A DNA stretch of 37,621 nucleotides from a virus (lineage: Duplodnaviria; Caudoviricetes): positions 1 to 37,621 of the IMG/VR virus record IMGVR_UViG_3300012948_000009. One strand, 5' to 3'. The translations under genes were made by a program, and so were the position numbers. Shown piece by piece: positions 1 through 7,981 of the stretch (positions within the stretch are counted from its first letter, which is position 1; the number at the start of each line of letters is the position of its first letter). The notes under the pieces were generated by a model that was not told where the DNA came from, ran no database searches, and saw nothing but the letters and a program-made list of their open reading frames with translations.

Positions 1-123
1 CCCCAAGTCCTGACGGAGCTGGCGCGGACGCTCCCCCAGTGCGGCCTTGATGCCCCAACCTGCGCGGCGGCCGTCGCGTTTATTGATCTCCACGCCGACC
101 ATGTGCCGGCGCCCACGACGATC
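1..123. repeat. Terminal overlap, copy 1 (circularisation)
   Basis: Bases 1-123 are identical to 37499-37621, and the PIN ORF reads through the junction. Confidence 0.97.
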
Positions 124-297
124 GCGTGGCATTGTCGCGATGCCGACGACGACGCAATCGTGACCGCCGCGATCGGCTGTGATGCCTTGGTGACGGGCGA
201 TCGGGATCTGCTGGAGGCGGCTGAGCCGCCGATCCCGATTCTGAACCCGCGGGCGTGTTGGGCCTGGCTCGACGAGGTGGAACGCTGCACCCGATAG
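1..297 (+). CDS. PIN-domain toxin (COG1569-like), 3' part; gene starts at 37388 and spans the origin
   Basis: CRDADDDAIVTAA...DALVTGDRDLL are typical PIN C-terminal acidic motifs. Confidence 0.9.
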   Translation, partial: PQVLTELARTLPQCGLDAPTCAAAVAFIDLHADHVPAPTTIAWHCRDADDDAIVTAAIGCDALVTGDRDLLEAAEPPIPILNPRACWAWLDEVERCTR

Positions 298-301
298 GGG
301 G

Positions 302-487
302 TTACGAGCGGCCCAAATCCAAACTGGTTGTGGTGTTCATGTAGTCTCGCAGCAGAATGCGGGCCGTTTCCACGTCGCCCTTTAGGAGGTGTTTGAGTGC
401 CGTGCAGAAGAGAATGCGGCGATATTCGGGATCGCTGGCGGCGCGCTCGCGCAGCACGTCAGCATAGGGCACGGCGGGCGGATACAT
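302..487 (-). CDS. Truncated addiction-module antidote-like protein (61 aa, lacks C-terminal HTH)
   Basis: RBS GAAGGAG before ATG at 487. ERAASDPEYRRILF...LLKGDVETARILLRDYMNTT resembles the N-terminal half of XRE-type antidote proteins and stops before the HTH. Confidence 0.6.
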   Translation of the reverse strand: MYPPAVPYADVLRERAASDPEYRRILFCTALKHLLKGDVETARILLRDYMNTTTSLDLGRS

Positions 488-555
488 GGCGGTGTCTCCT
501 TCAAGCTGGGAGCGATCCTCGGATTGGCTCAAAATGGCACAGTGGCGTTTTTCAA

Positions 556-590
556 AAGTACCCCCCGTGCACAAGTTCTGGGTACCCTCC
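556..590 (+). promoter_or_regulatory. Putative integrase arm-type sites (left pair)
   Basis: AAGTACCCCCCG (556) and GGTACCCTCC (581); the same motif recurs on the other side of the core. Confidence 0.6.
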
Positions 591-606
591 AATCCTTGTA
601 ACGTGT

Positions 607-663
607 TGGTGCGGAAGAAAGGACTCGAACCTTCACTCTCTTGCGAGAACAAGCTCCTGAGGC
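607..663 (-). other. attP core: 3' half of tRNA-Leu(CAG)
   Basis: Minus strand reads GC-CTCAGGA-GCTTG (anticodon loop and 3' stem strand), long variable arm TCTCGCAAGAGA, T-arm GAAGGTTCGAGTCCTTT, then CTTCCGC-A-CCA. The 5' half is absent and the site lies just downstream of the integrase. Confidence 0.92.
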
Positions 664-679
664 GTACGTTAATACCATG

Positions 680-692
680 TAACTGTTTGATT
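680..692 (-). promoter_or_regulatory. IHF-binding consensus in attP
   Basis: AATCAAACAGTTA is a perfect match to WATCAANNNNTTR in an AT-rich tract. Confidence 0.7.
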
Positions 693-2000
693 TTATTTGA
701 CTTGTCTGATTTTGTCCTGTTCCGGTACAGTTGCAAGATCGCCCGTTTTTCTTGGTCTTTTCTGCGCCGTCCGGGGGGTGGTACCCCCGCAAGTACCCCC
801 AGGCAGCGGAAACGCTTGCTGCAGAATGGCGTCCAATTCCAGCCGCGCGGCTAAGGCTTCCACGACCGGCCGCTGCGTCACCGGCCGCAGGTGCGTGTAC
901 TTCTGCGTCGTCTGAATGTCCTGCCCCATCGTCGCCGACCGCTGCGCTTCGGTGAGCGCTGGCACTTCGGCCAGCAGGGTCGCGGCCATGTGGCGGATCG
1001 TGTGAAACGTGACGCCGCCACAGTCGCGCCCGTAGGTCAAGCCGGCCTCTTGCGCGCCTGTACGGACCGCGTGGCGGATCGAGGTGATGGGCTCGCCGCG
1101 GTACGTGATGACCCATGGATTGGAGCGGTTCACGCGCCCGGCGCGCAGCGCGGTCAACAGATGGCGCAGCGGCGTGCTGATGGGGATGACGAGCGGCAGG
1201 TGTGTGTGCTCCATCGTCTTGTGCTCGGCGACGGTCATGAACTCGAAGGCGGGATCGAAGCTCTGATCCCAGCGTAAGCCCAGCACATTCTGCAGGCGCA
1301 GCTTGGGCGCGAGCGCCGCGATCGCGATGGCGACTTGGGCATGACGGGGCGTGTGGGCAATCCAGGCGCGCAGCTCGGTCGGCGTGATCGTCACCGTGCG
1401 TGAGGGCGGCTTCTCCCGGTCGAGTTCCAAAAAGGGATTCTGGGGCACGCCCGTCTTTTTGCGGAACTTGGGTAGTCGGGCAACCCTGTACAGGCGCGAC
1501 AGGATCGAGAGATAGTGCAACCGCATCTGCTTCCCGATCGGCCGGGTGATGGCGTGGCCGTCCCGATCGGTCCCGATGCGGACGGTTCGATTCGCGATCC
1601 ATTCCTCAAATTTTTCGATCCAGTCGGGATCGACAATCGGATCGGCAAGGCGCAGATCGTGGTAGGGCTCACCGGGGATGACCTCGGCCGGATCGCTCGG
1701 ACGCGCGCCCCAGAAGCGCAGCACGACACGCAAGAGGTCTTCCAGGCGATCCACGCGGCGGATCTTCCCTTTCGCGCGGACATGTTGCAGGTAGACCTCG
1801 GCCCAGATGCTGAAGCGTGGGGAATCCTGGCCCAGTACGGGCAGGCCGGATTTCGCGCGGCGCACGCGGCGCTGTTCGTTGACCTCCCACTCTTGGGCGT
1901 CTTGCTTGTCAATCTGCTGCGTATTGCCGCGGTAGGGCTGGCCGTCAATCTCGAAGTAATAGCGGTAGGTCTTGCGGCCTTTGTCGCGCCAGACAGTCAT
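693..2000 (-). CDS. int: Tyrosine recombinase / phage integrase
   Basis: N-terminal arm-binding-like beta strands (YRYYFEIDGQPYRG); catalytic R (KLRL), K (EHKT), HTIRH, MGQ in place of LGH, TQKY; adjacent to attP. Confidence 0.93.
   Translation of the reverse strand: MTVWRDKGRKTYRYYFEIDGQPYRGNTQQIDKQDAQEWEVNEQRRVRRAKSGLPVLGQDSPRFSIWAEVYLQHVRAKGKIRRVDRLEDLLRVVLRFWGARPSDPAEVIPGEPYHDLRLADPIVDPDWIEKFEEWIANRTVRIGTDRDGHAITRPIGKQMRLHYLSILSRLYRVARLPKFRKKTGVPQNPFLELDREKPPSRTVTITPTELRAWIAHTPRHAQVAIAIAALAPKLRLQNVLGLRWDQSFDPAFEFMTVAEHKTMEHTHLPLVIPISTPLRHLLTALRAGRVNRSNPWVITYRGEPITSIRHAVRTGAQEAGLTYGRDCGGVTFHTIRHMAATLLAEVPALTEAQRSATMGQDIQTTQKYTHLRPVTQRPVVEALAARLELDAILQQAFPLPGGTCGGTTPRTAQKRPRKTGDLATVPEQDKIRQVK
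780..802 (+). promoter_or_regulatory. Putative integrase arm-type sites (right pair)
   Basis: Tandem GGTACCCCCGC / AAGTACCCCCAG. Confidence 0.6.
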
Positions 2001-2030
2001 AGGGGGATCCTTTGTGGGAAGGGCGGCTGA

Positions 2031-2298
2031 TTAACTGGCGTCGTCGGGCGGTTCTGTCGGCCGCGACAGATGCGCCGTCAACTGATCCAGCACGGAGAGA
2101 TCCTCGGCGGGCAGTCGCTGCACGCGCGCCTGGATGCGCTGGCGCGTATCGCCCAACACGATCAAGCGCACGAGATGGCTCGAGCGCGCGGATCAGCTCC
2201 GGTCGATCGAGCAGGGATGTTTCGATCAGTTCGGTCAAGCGATCCAGACTTTCTGCGGCGGCAGTCGTATCGGGATCGTCGGGTTGGGCTGCAGGCAT
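2031..2298 (-). pseudogene. Small helical protein with apparent 1-nt frameshift at 2177-2178
   Basis: Removing one C after ...LIRALE gives HLVRLIVLGDTRQRIQARVQRLPAEDLSVLDQLTAHL... with GC3-rich codons and a TAA just before the int RBS. Confidence 0.6.
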
Positions 2299-2370
2299 CA
2301 GGGATCCTTTGGGTTGACACGGGCACGCACACCGGACGATACCGACACGACGACGAAACGGACGCCGGCC

Positions 2371-2976
2371 TTACTGCGCGATGCGCGTGTCGGGCTCGGC
2401 GTAGGTCCGCAGGAGCGTCAACAGGCGCATGTGGCCCAGGTAGGCTTGTTCGCGGGAGGGATAGACCTCCGCGAAGCGATCCCAGCTGCCGCCATAGATG
2501 CGGGTGATCCAGAGCATCGGCAGCGGATCGAGCGCCTGCGCGATGCCGTGGAAGCGCGTTTCCATCAACCAGTCCGTGCCGCTGTGGACCGCGACGCGGG
2601 TATCGTCAAGATGGACGAGCAGCCATTCATCCCACGCCACGACACTCTGCAGGGCTTGTGGGTGCCCGTCGCCATCCAAGATCCAGTACTTCGCCTGTGG
2701 TCGAGGCACCGCCGTAGGCACGGGTGTGGGGAGCGTCGCGCGGAGCATGGACCGCTGACGCCGGCCCACGCCCGATCGGGGCGGCGGCGGGACCATGACA
2801 TCCTCGACGTACGGCCAGAGGAAATCGATGACGCGCGGGATCCGTTCGGGGCGTTTCCGCGTAAGCAAGGAGGCCATCAACAATAATTGTTGGGCCTCCG
2901 GCGTCCTTGCGCCCGCGGATCGGGATTTCTCTGCCAGCCTGGGAAAGGTCAAAACATCGGCGTGTTTCATCGGCAT
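2371..2976 (-). CDS. Hypothetical phage protein, co-transcribed with the repressor
   Basis: Translationally coupled (TAATG) to cI. The C-terminal half (YWILDGDGHP...YGGSWD...EQAYLGH) resembles a recurrent phage hypothetical domain. Confidence 0.65.
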   Translation of the reverse strand: MPMKHADVLTFPRLAEKSRSAGARTPEAQQLLLMASLLTRKRPERIPRVIDFLWPYVEDVMVPPPPRSGVGRRQRSMLRATLPTPVPTAVPRPQAKYWILDGDGHPQALQSVVAWDEWLLVHLDDTRVAVHSGTDWLMETRFHGIAQALDPLPMLWITRIYGGSWDRFAEVYPSREQAYLGHMRLLTLLRTYAEPDTRIAQ

Positions 2977-3476
2977 TACCTCCCGGTCGACCGGTGCCCG
3001 CTCGCAGCCTGGGGCGCGGTCTTGCTGTGCTTCTTTTCTTTCTCTAGTTGTTCGTACTCCTTAATCATGATCAGCACTCGGCGCTGATTGGACGCAGAGA
3101 GTTTCGCGAGCCGTCTCGCGATCCCCAGTAGGCGCGAATCAATCACGGGGCGCTTGAGCGCGGGGGGCGTCTGTTGGCGCTCGAGCTGCCGTTGAAACTC
3201 GGCGGCAAGATGCGCTAGCGCTTGCTGATGTTTGTGCGGATCGAGCCGTTGCGTCGGCGCGATCAGGACGGCCTCTAAGGGCACTTGAAAGAACTCCGCG
3301 AATTTCCGCAGCGTATCGGTGCGGACATCCCAGCCGCGCGAGGCACGGCTCACCACGTTGGGTGAGAGGCCCGTGCCTTCCACCACGTCGGCTTGGCGGC
3401 GGCCCTGCGTCTTGTAGAGGTATTCGATCGCCTCCGCCCACGGGCCGTCGCCGCGTCGGGCGGCTTTTTTGACCAT
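2976..3476 (-). CDS. XRE-family HTH repressor (CI-like, no S24 peptidase domain)
   Basis: RRQADVVEGTGLSPNVVSRASRG...TDTLRKFAEFFQVPLEAVL is an HTH_3 pattern; divergent from the cro-like gene. Confidence 0.85.
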   Translation of the reverse strand: MVKKAARRGDGPWAEAIEYLYKTQGRRQADVVEGTGLSPNVVSRASRGWDVRTDTLRKFAEFFQVPLEAVLIAPTQRLDPHKHQQALAHLAAEFQRQLERQQTPPALKRPVIDSRLLGIARRLAKLSASNQRRVLIMIKEYEQLEKEKKHSKTAPQAASGHRSTGR

Positions 3477-3482
3477 CCGTCG

Positions 3483-3594
3483 AGGATAGGCGGCTGCTGT
3501 CGTCCGAACCAAGGGCGCCATGCGCGCTGTCAGAGTAGACGCTTCGCATCTAAATAACAATAGCCTTGACGAACTCTCAAAAAAAGCATACATT
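3483..3594. promoter_or_regulatory. Divergent lysis/lysogeny promoters
   Basis: Plus strand: TTGACG(3566)-17 nt-TACATT(3589). Minus strand: -10 TATCCT (3488-3483), 6 nt before the cI ATG. Confidence 0.7.
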
Positions 3595-3603
3595 ACTCAG
3601 GCA

Positions 3604-3876
3604 ATGAAGAAGCGGTCACGGCCTCCGCAGGATCTGCGGCTCAAAATTGTGATCATCAGTCAGCGGTACACGCAGCGCCGCGTCGCGCTCGAGACACGCA
3701 TCGGCGAAACACGGTTTTCGGAAATCGTCGGCCACCGCGGCGCGACGGCGTCCCGCGTGGAACAGGTCCGCATTGCGAAATTTCTAGGGGTGGACCGAAC
3801 CGCCATCTTTTCCGAAGACGAAATGGCGTGGGCCGATCTGGCCGCGCTCGGCGACGAGGAGGCGAAGAGCGCATGA
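3604..3876 (+). CDS. Cro-like HTH regulator
   Basis: YTQRRVALETRIGETRFSEIV...RIAKFLGVDRTAIF is an XRE-like HTH; first rightward gene. Confidence 0.8.
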   Translation: MKKRSRPPQDLRLKIVIISQRYTQRRVALETRIGETRFSEIVGHRGATASRVEQVRIAKFLGVDRTAIFSEDEMAWADLAALGDEEAKSA

Positions 3877-4151
3877 CGGGCAAACTGTTCTCACTGCGAT
3901 CGCTCTCCGAACACTGGGGCACTGCGGACTGGACGCCTGACAAGATCCGACGTCTCGTCCATACCGGCCAGCTGCCCTACGTGCGCGTGGGCGGGCGCAT
4001 CTACTTCGAAGAGACGGTGATGGATCAGTGGATGGTCCGGCGTCGGCAGCAGATGGCGACGGTGACGACGCCGCGGCCGGATGTGCGGACGATTGAAGAG
4101 GAACTGGCCGACTTTGGTCTGACCAAGGATCAGGCGGTCTTCAGTCGATGA
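3873..4151 (+). CDS. Excisionase-like HTH_17 protein
   Basis: IRRLVHTGQLPYVRVGGRIYF...MDQW motif; ATGA coupling and GGAGG RBS. Confidence 0.8.
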   Translation: MTGKLFSLRSLSEHWGTADWTPDKIRRLVHTGQLPYVRVGGRIYFEETVMDQWMVRRRQQMATVTTPRPDVRTIEEELADFGLTKDQAVFSR

Positions 4152-4273
4152 GCGCCCGTTGGTCGGACCATCGACCGCGAACGGTTAGACCAATGGGTCT
4201 GCGGTTCCCGGTGCCCGGAGTTTCATCCCAGGGGGTGCAGTCTGTCCCCCGCAGAGTCTAGGAGCTGCATCCA

Positions 4274-5179
4274 ATGCGTATCGTCAAAAGCACCGACACG
4301 ATCACGATCGACCATCCAGTGTTTTTGATCTTCGGGCAACCGGGCATCGGCAAATCGACGCTCGGCTATTCCGCGAACACGACGCTGCTGCTCGATTTCG
4401 ACCAGGGCGCGCACCGCGCCGCCAATCGCCGCGACACCTTGGTGATCGAGAGTTGGGACGACGTGATCGAGATGCTGGCGCATCCGGAAGCGCTTGTGCC
4501 CTACCAGGCGCTCGCGGTCGATACGGTCGGGCGCGCGATCGACGCGATCATTGCCTACCTCGCCAAGACCCAACCGAAGCTTGCCCCCGGCGGGAATCCC
4601 ACGCTGCAGGGCTGGGGGCAGGTCAAAACGATCTTCCGGAATTGGATCGTGGCGCTCCGCGGGCTGGGGAAGGATGTGCTCTTGCTCGCGCACGACAAGG
4701 AAGAGAAGGACGGCGACACGCGGATCGTGCGACCGGAGATCGCGGGCGGCTCCTACGCCGAAGTGATGAAGGTGTCGGATTTCGTCGGCTACCTCTACAT
4801 GAGCGGCAAGGATCGGGTGCTCGATTTCAATCCGACGGATCGGTGGATTGGCAAGAATTCGGCGGGCTGGGTGCCGTTCAAACTGCCTCCGGTCGCCAAA
4901 GCCTCGACGTTCCTGGCAGAGCTCTACACGCAGGGGCGGCAGGCGCTCGGGCAACTCTCGGACGAAAGCGCCGCGCTTCAGCGTGCGGTCGAGATCTGGC
5001 GGGCGCAGATTGCCAGCTACACGACCGTGCAGCAGTACAACGACGCCAAGCCGGCGATCAAGGCCCTGCAACCGCCGATGGTGCTCCTGCAGGTGACGAA
5101 GATCCTGCTCGACGATGCGGCGGCCAAGGGGATCAGCTTCGACAAGGCGCGCAAGGTGTTCGTCGCGCCGGCGGCATAG
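4274..5179 (+). CDS. AAA_24 ATPase, Sak4-like recombinase
   Basis: Walker A GQPGIGKST, LLLDFDQG, AVDTVG, TLQGWG, LLAHDKE. Confidence 0.88.
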   Translation: MRIVKSTDTITIDHPVFLIFGQPGIGKSTLGYSANTTLLLDFDQGAHRAANRRDTLVIESWDDVIEMLAHPEALVPYQALAVDTVGRAIDAIIAYLAKTQPKLAPGGNPTLQGWGQVKTIFRNWIVALRGLGKDVLLLAHDKEEKDGDTRIVRPEIAGGSYAEVMKVSDFVGYLYMSGKDRVLDFNPTDRWIGKNSAGWVPFKLPPVAKASTFLAELYTQGRQALGQLSDESAALQRAVEIWRAQIASYTTVQQYNDAKPAIKALQPPMVLLQVTKILLDDAAAKGISFDKARKVFVAPAA

Positions 5180-5183
5180 GGCC

Positions 5184-5762
5184 ATGCGGACGCCGCGAGA
5201 TCTCGCTGGGTTGCAGTTCGGGCGCCTCCAAGTGCTCGAGCGCGTACGCGGCAAGATGTGGCGCGTCCGGTGCTCCTGTGGCTCGGAATTCGAGGTGCAG
5301 CGCGGCAACATGGTCAACGGCCATACCCAATCGTGCGGATGTCTCCAGCGCGAACGGGCCGCTGCGGCGCAACGGATCCACGGTCACGCCGGCGACAGAC
5401 GCAGCGGTGTCTACAACGTATGGGCAGGCATTGTCCAGCGCACCACGAATCCGCGCAGCCATAACTGGCCCGACTACGGGGGCCGCGGGATCACGATGTG
5501 CGACCGCTGGCGCCGCAGTTATGCGGCATTCGCTGAGGACATGGGCGCGCGTCCATCACGAGCCCATTCAATCGATCGAATCGACAATGACGGTCCTTAT
5601 GAGCCGGGCAACTGTCGATGGTCTACGCGAAGTGACCAAGGGCGCAACAGACGCAACGTTCACCTGTTTGATGTTGATGATCGTCCGCTCGGCTTTCGTG
5701 AAGCGGCTCATTTGCTCGCGATGCCCGAATCGACCTTTCGGCTTTGGATCCTGCGGGGGTGA
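5184..5762 (+). CDS. HNH-type homing endonuclease-like protein
   Basis: GLQFGRLQVL..CSCG..SCGC, YGGRGITMCDRW and SIDRIDNDGPYEPGNCRW family motifs. Confidence 0.85.
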   Translation: MRTPRDLAGLQFGRLQVLERVRGKMWRVRCSCGSEFEVQRGNMVNGHTQSCGCLQRERAAAAQRIHGHAGDRRSGVYNVWAGIVQRTTNPRSHNWPDYGGRGITMCDRWRRSYAAFAEDMGARPSRAHSIDRIDNDGPYEPGNCRWSTRSDQGRNRRNVHLFDVDDRPLGFREAAHLLAMPESTFRLWILRG

Positions 5763-5765
5763 ATA

Positions 5766-6410
5766 GTGCGCGCATCCTGTACCCAGCTCGAGTCGTACCG
5801 GCTCTTCCTGACCGAGGATTGGTTCGATGAGCAGGAGCTAATTGATTCAATTTGTGGAGTTTTCAAACCCAACCACAAGATCAACTTGGGATCGGCGTTC
5901 GGGCAGGTGCTCGAGCATCCGTGGGCGCATCAGGTGCCGGGCGGGTACCGCGTCGTCGTCAACGGCGAGCGGTTCGAGTTCGGGCACGACATGATGCGCG
6001 AACCCTTGAAGCTGGCCGATCCGCGGGGCGTGTTCGAAGCCAAAGCGGTGACGGCGTACGGGCCGCATCAGGTGTCGTGCCGGGCCGATCATCTGCTGGG
6101 CGGCGAACTGGGCGAATTCAAAACCACGTTGTCGGCCTTTGACTTCGACAAGTACGCGCGCAGTGTCCAATGGCGGTTCATGGCGGATGCCTTTCAGCCG
6201 TCGCGGGTGACGTATCACGTGTTCCTGCTCGACGAGGGATCGAACGGCGTGATCGGCTTGAAGGGGATCGAATCGTTCCGGCTGTATCCGTATGCGGCGA
6301 TGCGGCAGGACTGCGAAGCCTTGGTGCAGGATTTCGCCCGCTACGTCGGGATGAAGGGGCTCAGCGAGTATCTGGAGGCGCGGCAGCGGGCCGCCGAGGC
6401 GACGGTATGA
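5766..6410 (+). CDS. PD-(D/E)XK nuclease-like protein (recombination partner)
   Basis: LGSAF..E, FE.K, RAD...GEFKTT and YARSVQW motifs; position after Sak4. Confidence 0.7.
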   Translation: MRASCTQLESYRLFLTEDWFDEQELIDSICGVFKPNHKINLGSAFGQVLEHPWAHQVPGGYRVVVNGERFEFGHDMMREPLKLADPRGVFEAKAVTAYGPHQVSCRADHLLGGELGEFKTTLSAFDFDKYARSVQWRFMADAFQPSRVTYHVFLLDEGSNGVIGLKGIESFRLYPYAAMRQDCEALVQDFARYVGMKGLSEYLEARQRAAEATV

Positions 6411-6622
6411 ACGCGAAGCACTGGAACGGCGAACCGGGCGCAGAGCACGATCCGGGGCGGAGCGACGGCCAGCCGGTCGCGTATCGGTGCCTGGAGTGTC
6501 CGTGGCGGGATCACGGCGTGTTGCTCTCGACGGCGCATGTGCAGGCCACGGGGCATCGCGTAGTGTCGAAGGGCGATCCGCGGTACGACACGGCCCCGAT
6601 CCGGAAGGCGGGCGCGGCGTGA
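6407..6622 (+). CDS. Small C2H2-type zinc-finger protein
   Basis: YRCLECPW...H.....GH; ATGA coupling. Confidence 0.6.
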   Translation: MNAKHWNGEPGAEHDPGRSDGQPVAYRCLECPWRDHGVLLSTAHVQATGHRVVSKGDPRYDTAPIRKAGAA

Positions 6623-7125
6623 TCATCGGCCTTGATCCAGGCACCGATCGGAGCGCGTATGTCTGCTACGACGCCATCGGGCGAAGGATTGAAGCGCATG
6701 GCCTGCTGCTCAATGATCCGTTGCTCATGGCGCTCGGCAACATGGGACCGTGTCAGCTCGTCATCGAACAATTTGAGAATTATGGAATGGCCGTGGGTCG
6801 TGATGTTTTCGCAACTGTCTGGTGGTCCGGGCGGTTCTTCCAGGCGTGGGACGGCCCGGCCGCGCAACTCCCGCGCAAGACCGTGAAACTCCATATCTGC
6901 GGCTCGACGCGCGCCACGGATGCGAACGTCCGGCAAGCCTTGATCGATCGCTTCGGGCGCTCGAAAGCCGAAGCCATCGGCACGAAGACGCACAAGGGGC
7001 CGCTGTACGGCTTGAAGAGTCACGAGTATGCGGCGCTCGCCGTGGCGATGACCTGGGCGGAGACGCATCCGGTCGGGGTGCCGGTGGGCCCGCTCGTCTA
7101 TCCGGCGACACGGGGGATCTCTTAA
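6619..7125 (+). CDS. RuvC-like Holliday junction resolvase
   Basis: IIGLDPG, LVIE and C-terminal AALAVA RNase H-fold pattern. Confidence 0.75.
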   Translation: MIIGLDPGTDRSAYVCYDAIGRRIEAHGLLLNDPLLMALGNMGPCQLVIEQFENYGMAVGRDVFATVWWSGRFFQAWDGPAAQLPRKTVKLHICGSTRATDANVRQALIDRFGRSKAEAIGTKTHKGPLYGLKSHEYAALAVAMTWAETHPVGVPVGPLVYPATRGIS

Positions 7126-7355
7126 TGCTGAATCTTGACGAACTCGACGCGCAGATGGATAGCACGGTGCCGTACTACCTACCGTCGCTGGTGCAGGAGC
7201 TGCGCGACACGCGCGCGGCCCAGGCCGAAGTGCTGGACTGTCTGCGCGAGTTTGTGGCGCTCTACGACGGCACCCGCGATCTGCTGGGGCGGTCTGTCAC
7301 GGCGAAACTGGTGCGGGCCGAAGCGGCGATCGCACGCGCGGAGGGGCGCCGATGA
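7125..7355 (+). CDS. Hypothetical protein
   Basis: TAATG coupling; C-terminal RAEAAIARAEG typical of phage early small proteins. Confidence 0.65.
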   Translation: MLNLDELDAQMDSTVPYYLPSLVQELRDTRAAQAEVLDCLREFVALYDGTRDLLGRSVTAKLVRAEAAIARAEGRR

Positions 7356-7570
7356 CGAGCTGTATTCACTGTGCGCGGCAGTTTGTCGGCGACGAGCCCG
7401 CGTACGTGATCGAGTACTGCACGGCGCGCCAGACGTGCAGCAGTCCGGCGGAACATGAGGCCATCGGGCCGGTGTGTGGCGATTGTCACGAGGCGATGAC
7501 GACCGAACGAGACGAAGCCTACGAGCGCGCGGCGGCGCGCTACGACGGGACCGGGCGCGATTGGCGGTGA
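7352..7570 (+). CDS. Small Cys-rich hypothetical protein
   Basis: CxxC...CxxC; ATGA coupling. Confidence 0.6.
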   Translation: MTSCIHCARQFVGDEPAYVIEYCTARQTCSSPAEHEAIGPVCGDCHEAMTTERDEAYERAAARYDGTGRDWR

Positions 7571-7631
7571 CGGGATTTTCCTCGGGGGCCTGGGCGGTCG
7601 GGTGTGACTGACGGGCCGGAGGCGTCTTCAC

Positions 7632-7979
7632 CTGGCGAAGGAACCGACGATCCGCGCCCGCATCAAAGCGATTCAGCGCGAGCTCCGGGACGACGATGTG
7701 CCGCCCTCGCGCGGCGCCGACATGCTCACGCAACTGACGGCGTTGCTCGGCAACTGTAACGAAGAGTTACGGGCGGCGGATCTGAGTTACAAGCGCGTGT
7801 TACTCGCGTCGATGGAGAGTCATACGGCTGCGAACCGGGCGCGCATTGCCGCGGAAACGTCGCCGGAATATGTGCGGCGGCAAGAAGCGCAACATACCAA
7901 AGAGTTAGTAGTGGAAATGATTAGAAGTTTGAAAGTTTTCCTCCATACCAAATCCGAAGAGATGCGACTTACACAGTAG
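7632..7979 (+). CDS. Helical hypothetical phage protein, probable CTG start
   Basis: GGAGG at 7618-7622, 9 nt before an in-frame CTG; GC3-rich coding continues upstream of the GTG at 7698. Confidence 0.6.
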   Translation: MAKEPTIRARIKAIQRELRDDDVPPSRGADMLTQLTALLGNCNEELRAADLSYKRVLLASMESHTAANRARIAAETSPEYVRRQEAQHTKELVVEMIRSLKVFLHTKSEEMRLTQ

Positions 7980-7981
7980 TT

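Noticed and set aside
1-123. Biological direct terminal repeats
   Set aside because: The repeat falls mid-gene (PIN toxin) and the ORF is continuous across it, so it is best explained as assembler overlap of a circular contig.
607-663. Functional phage-encoded tRNA-Leu
   Set aside because: Only the 3' half is present; the D-arm and 5' acceptor strand are missing, so it is an att core.
302-736. 144-aa ORF spanning attP
   Set aside because: The upstream part crosses the tRNA core and AT-rich att arms; the only good RBS precedes ATG 487.
4148-4261. 37-aa ORF coupled to xis
   Set aside because: Poor codon bias, and the region is better explained by RNA structure; a leader peptide cannot be fully excluded.
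5766-6410. Cas4/CRISPR-associated system
   Set aside because: No Fe-S cysteine set, array or other cas genes; the context is a recombination module.
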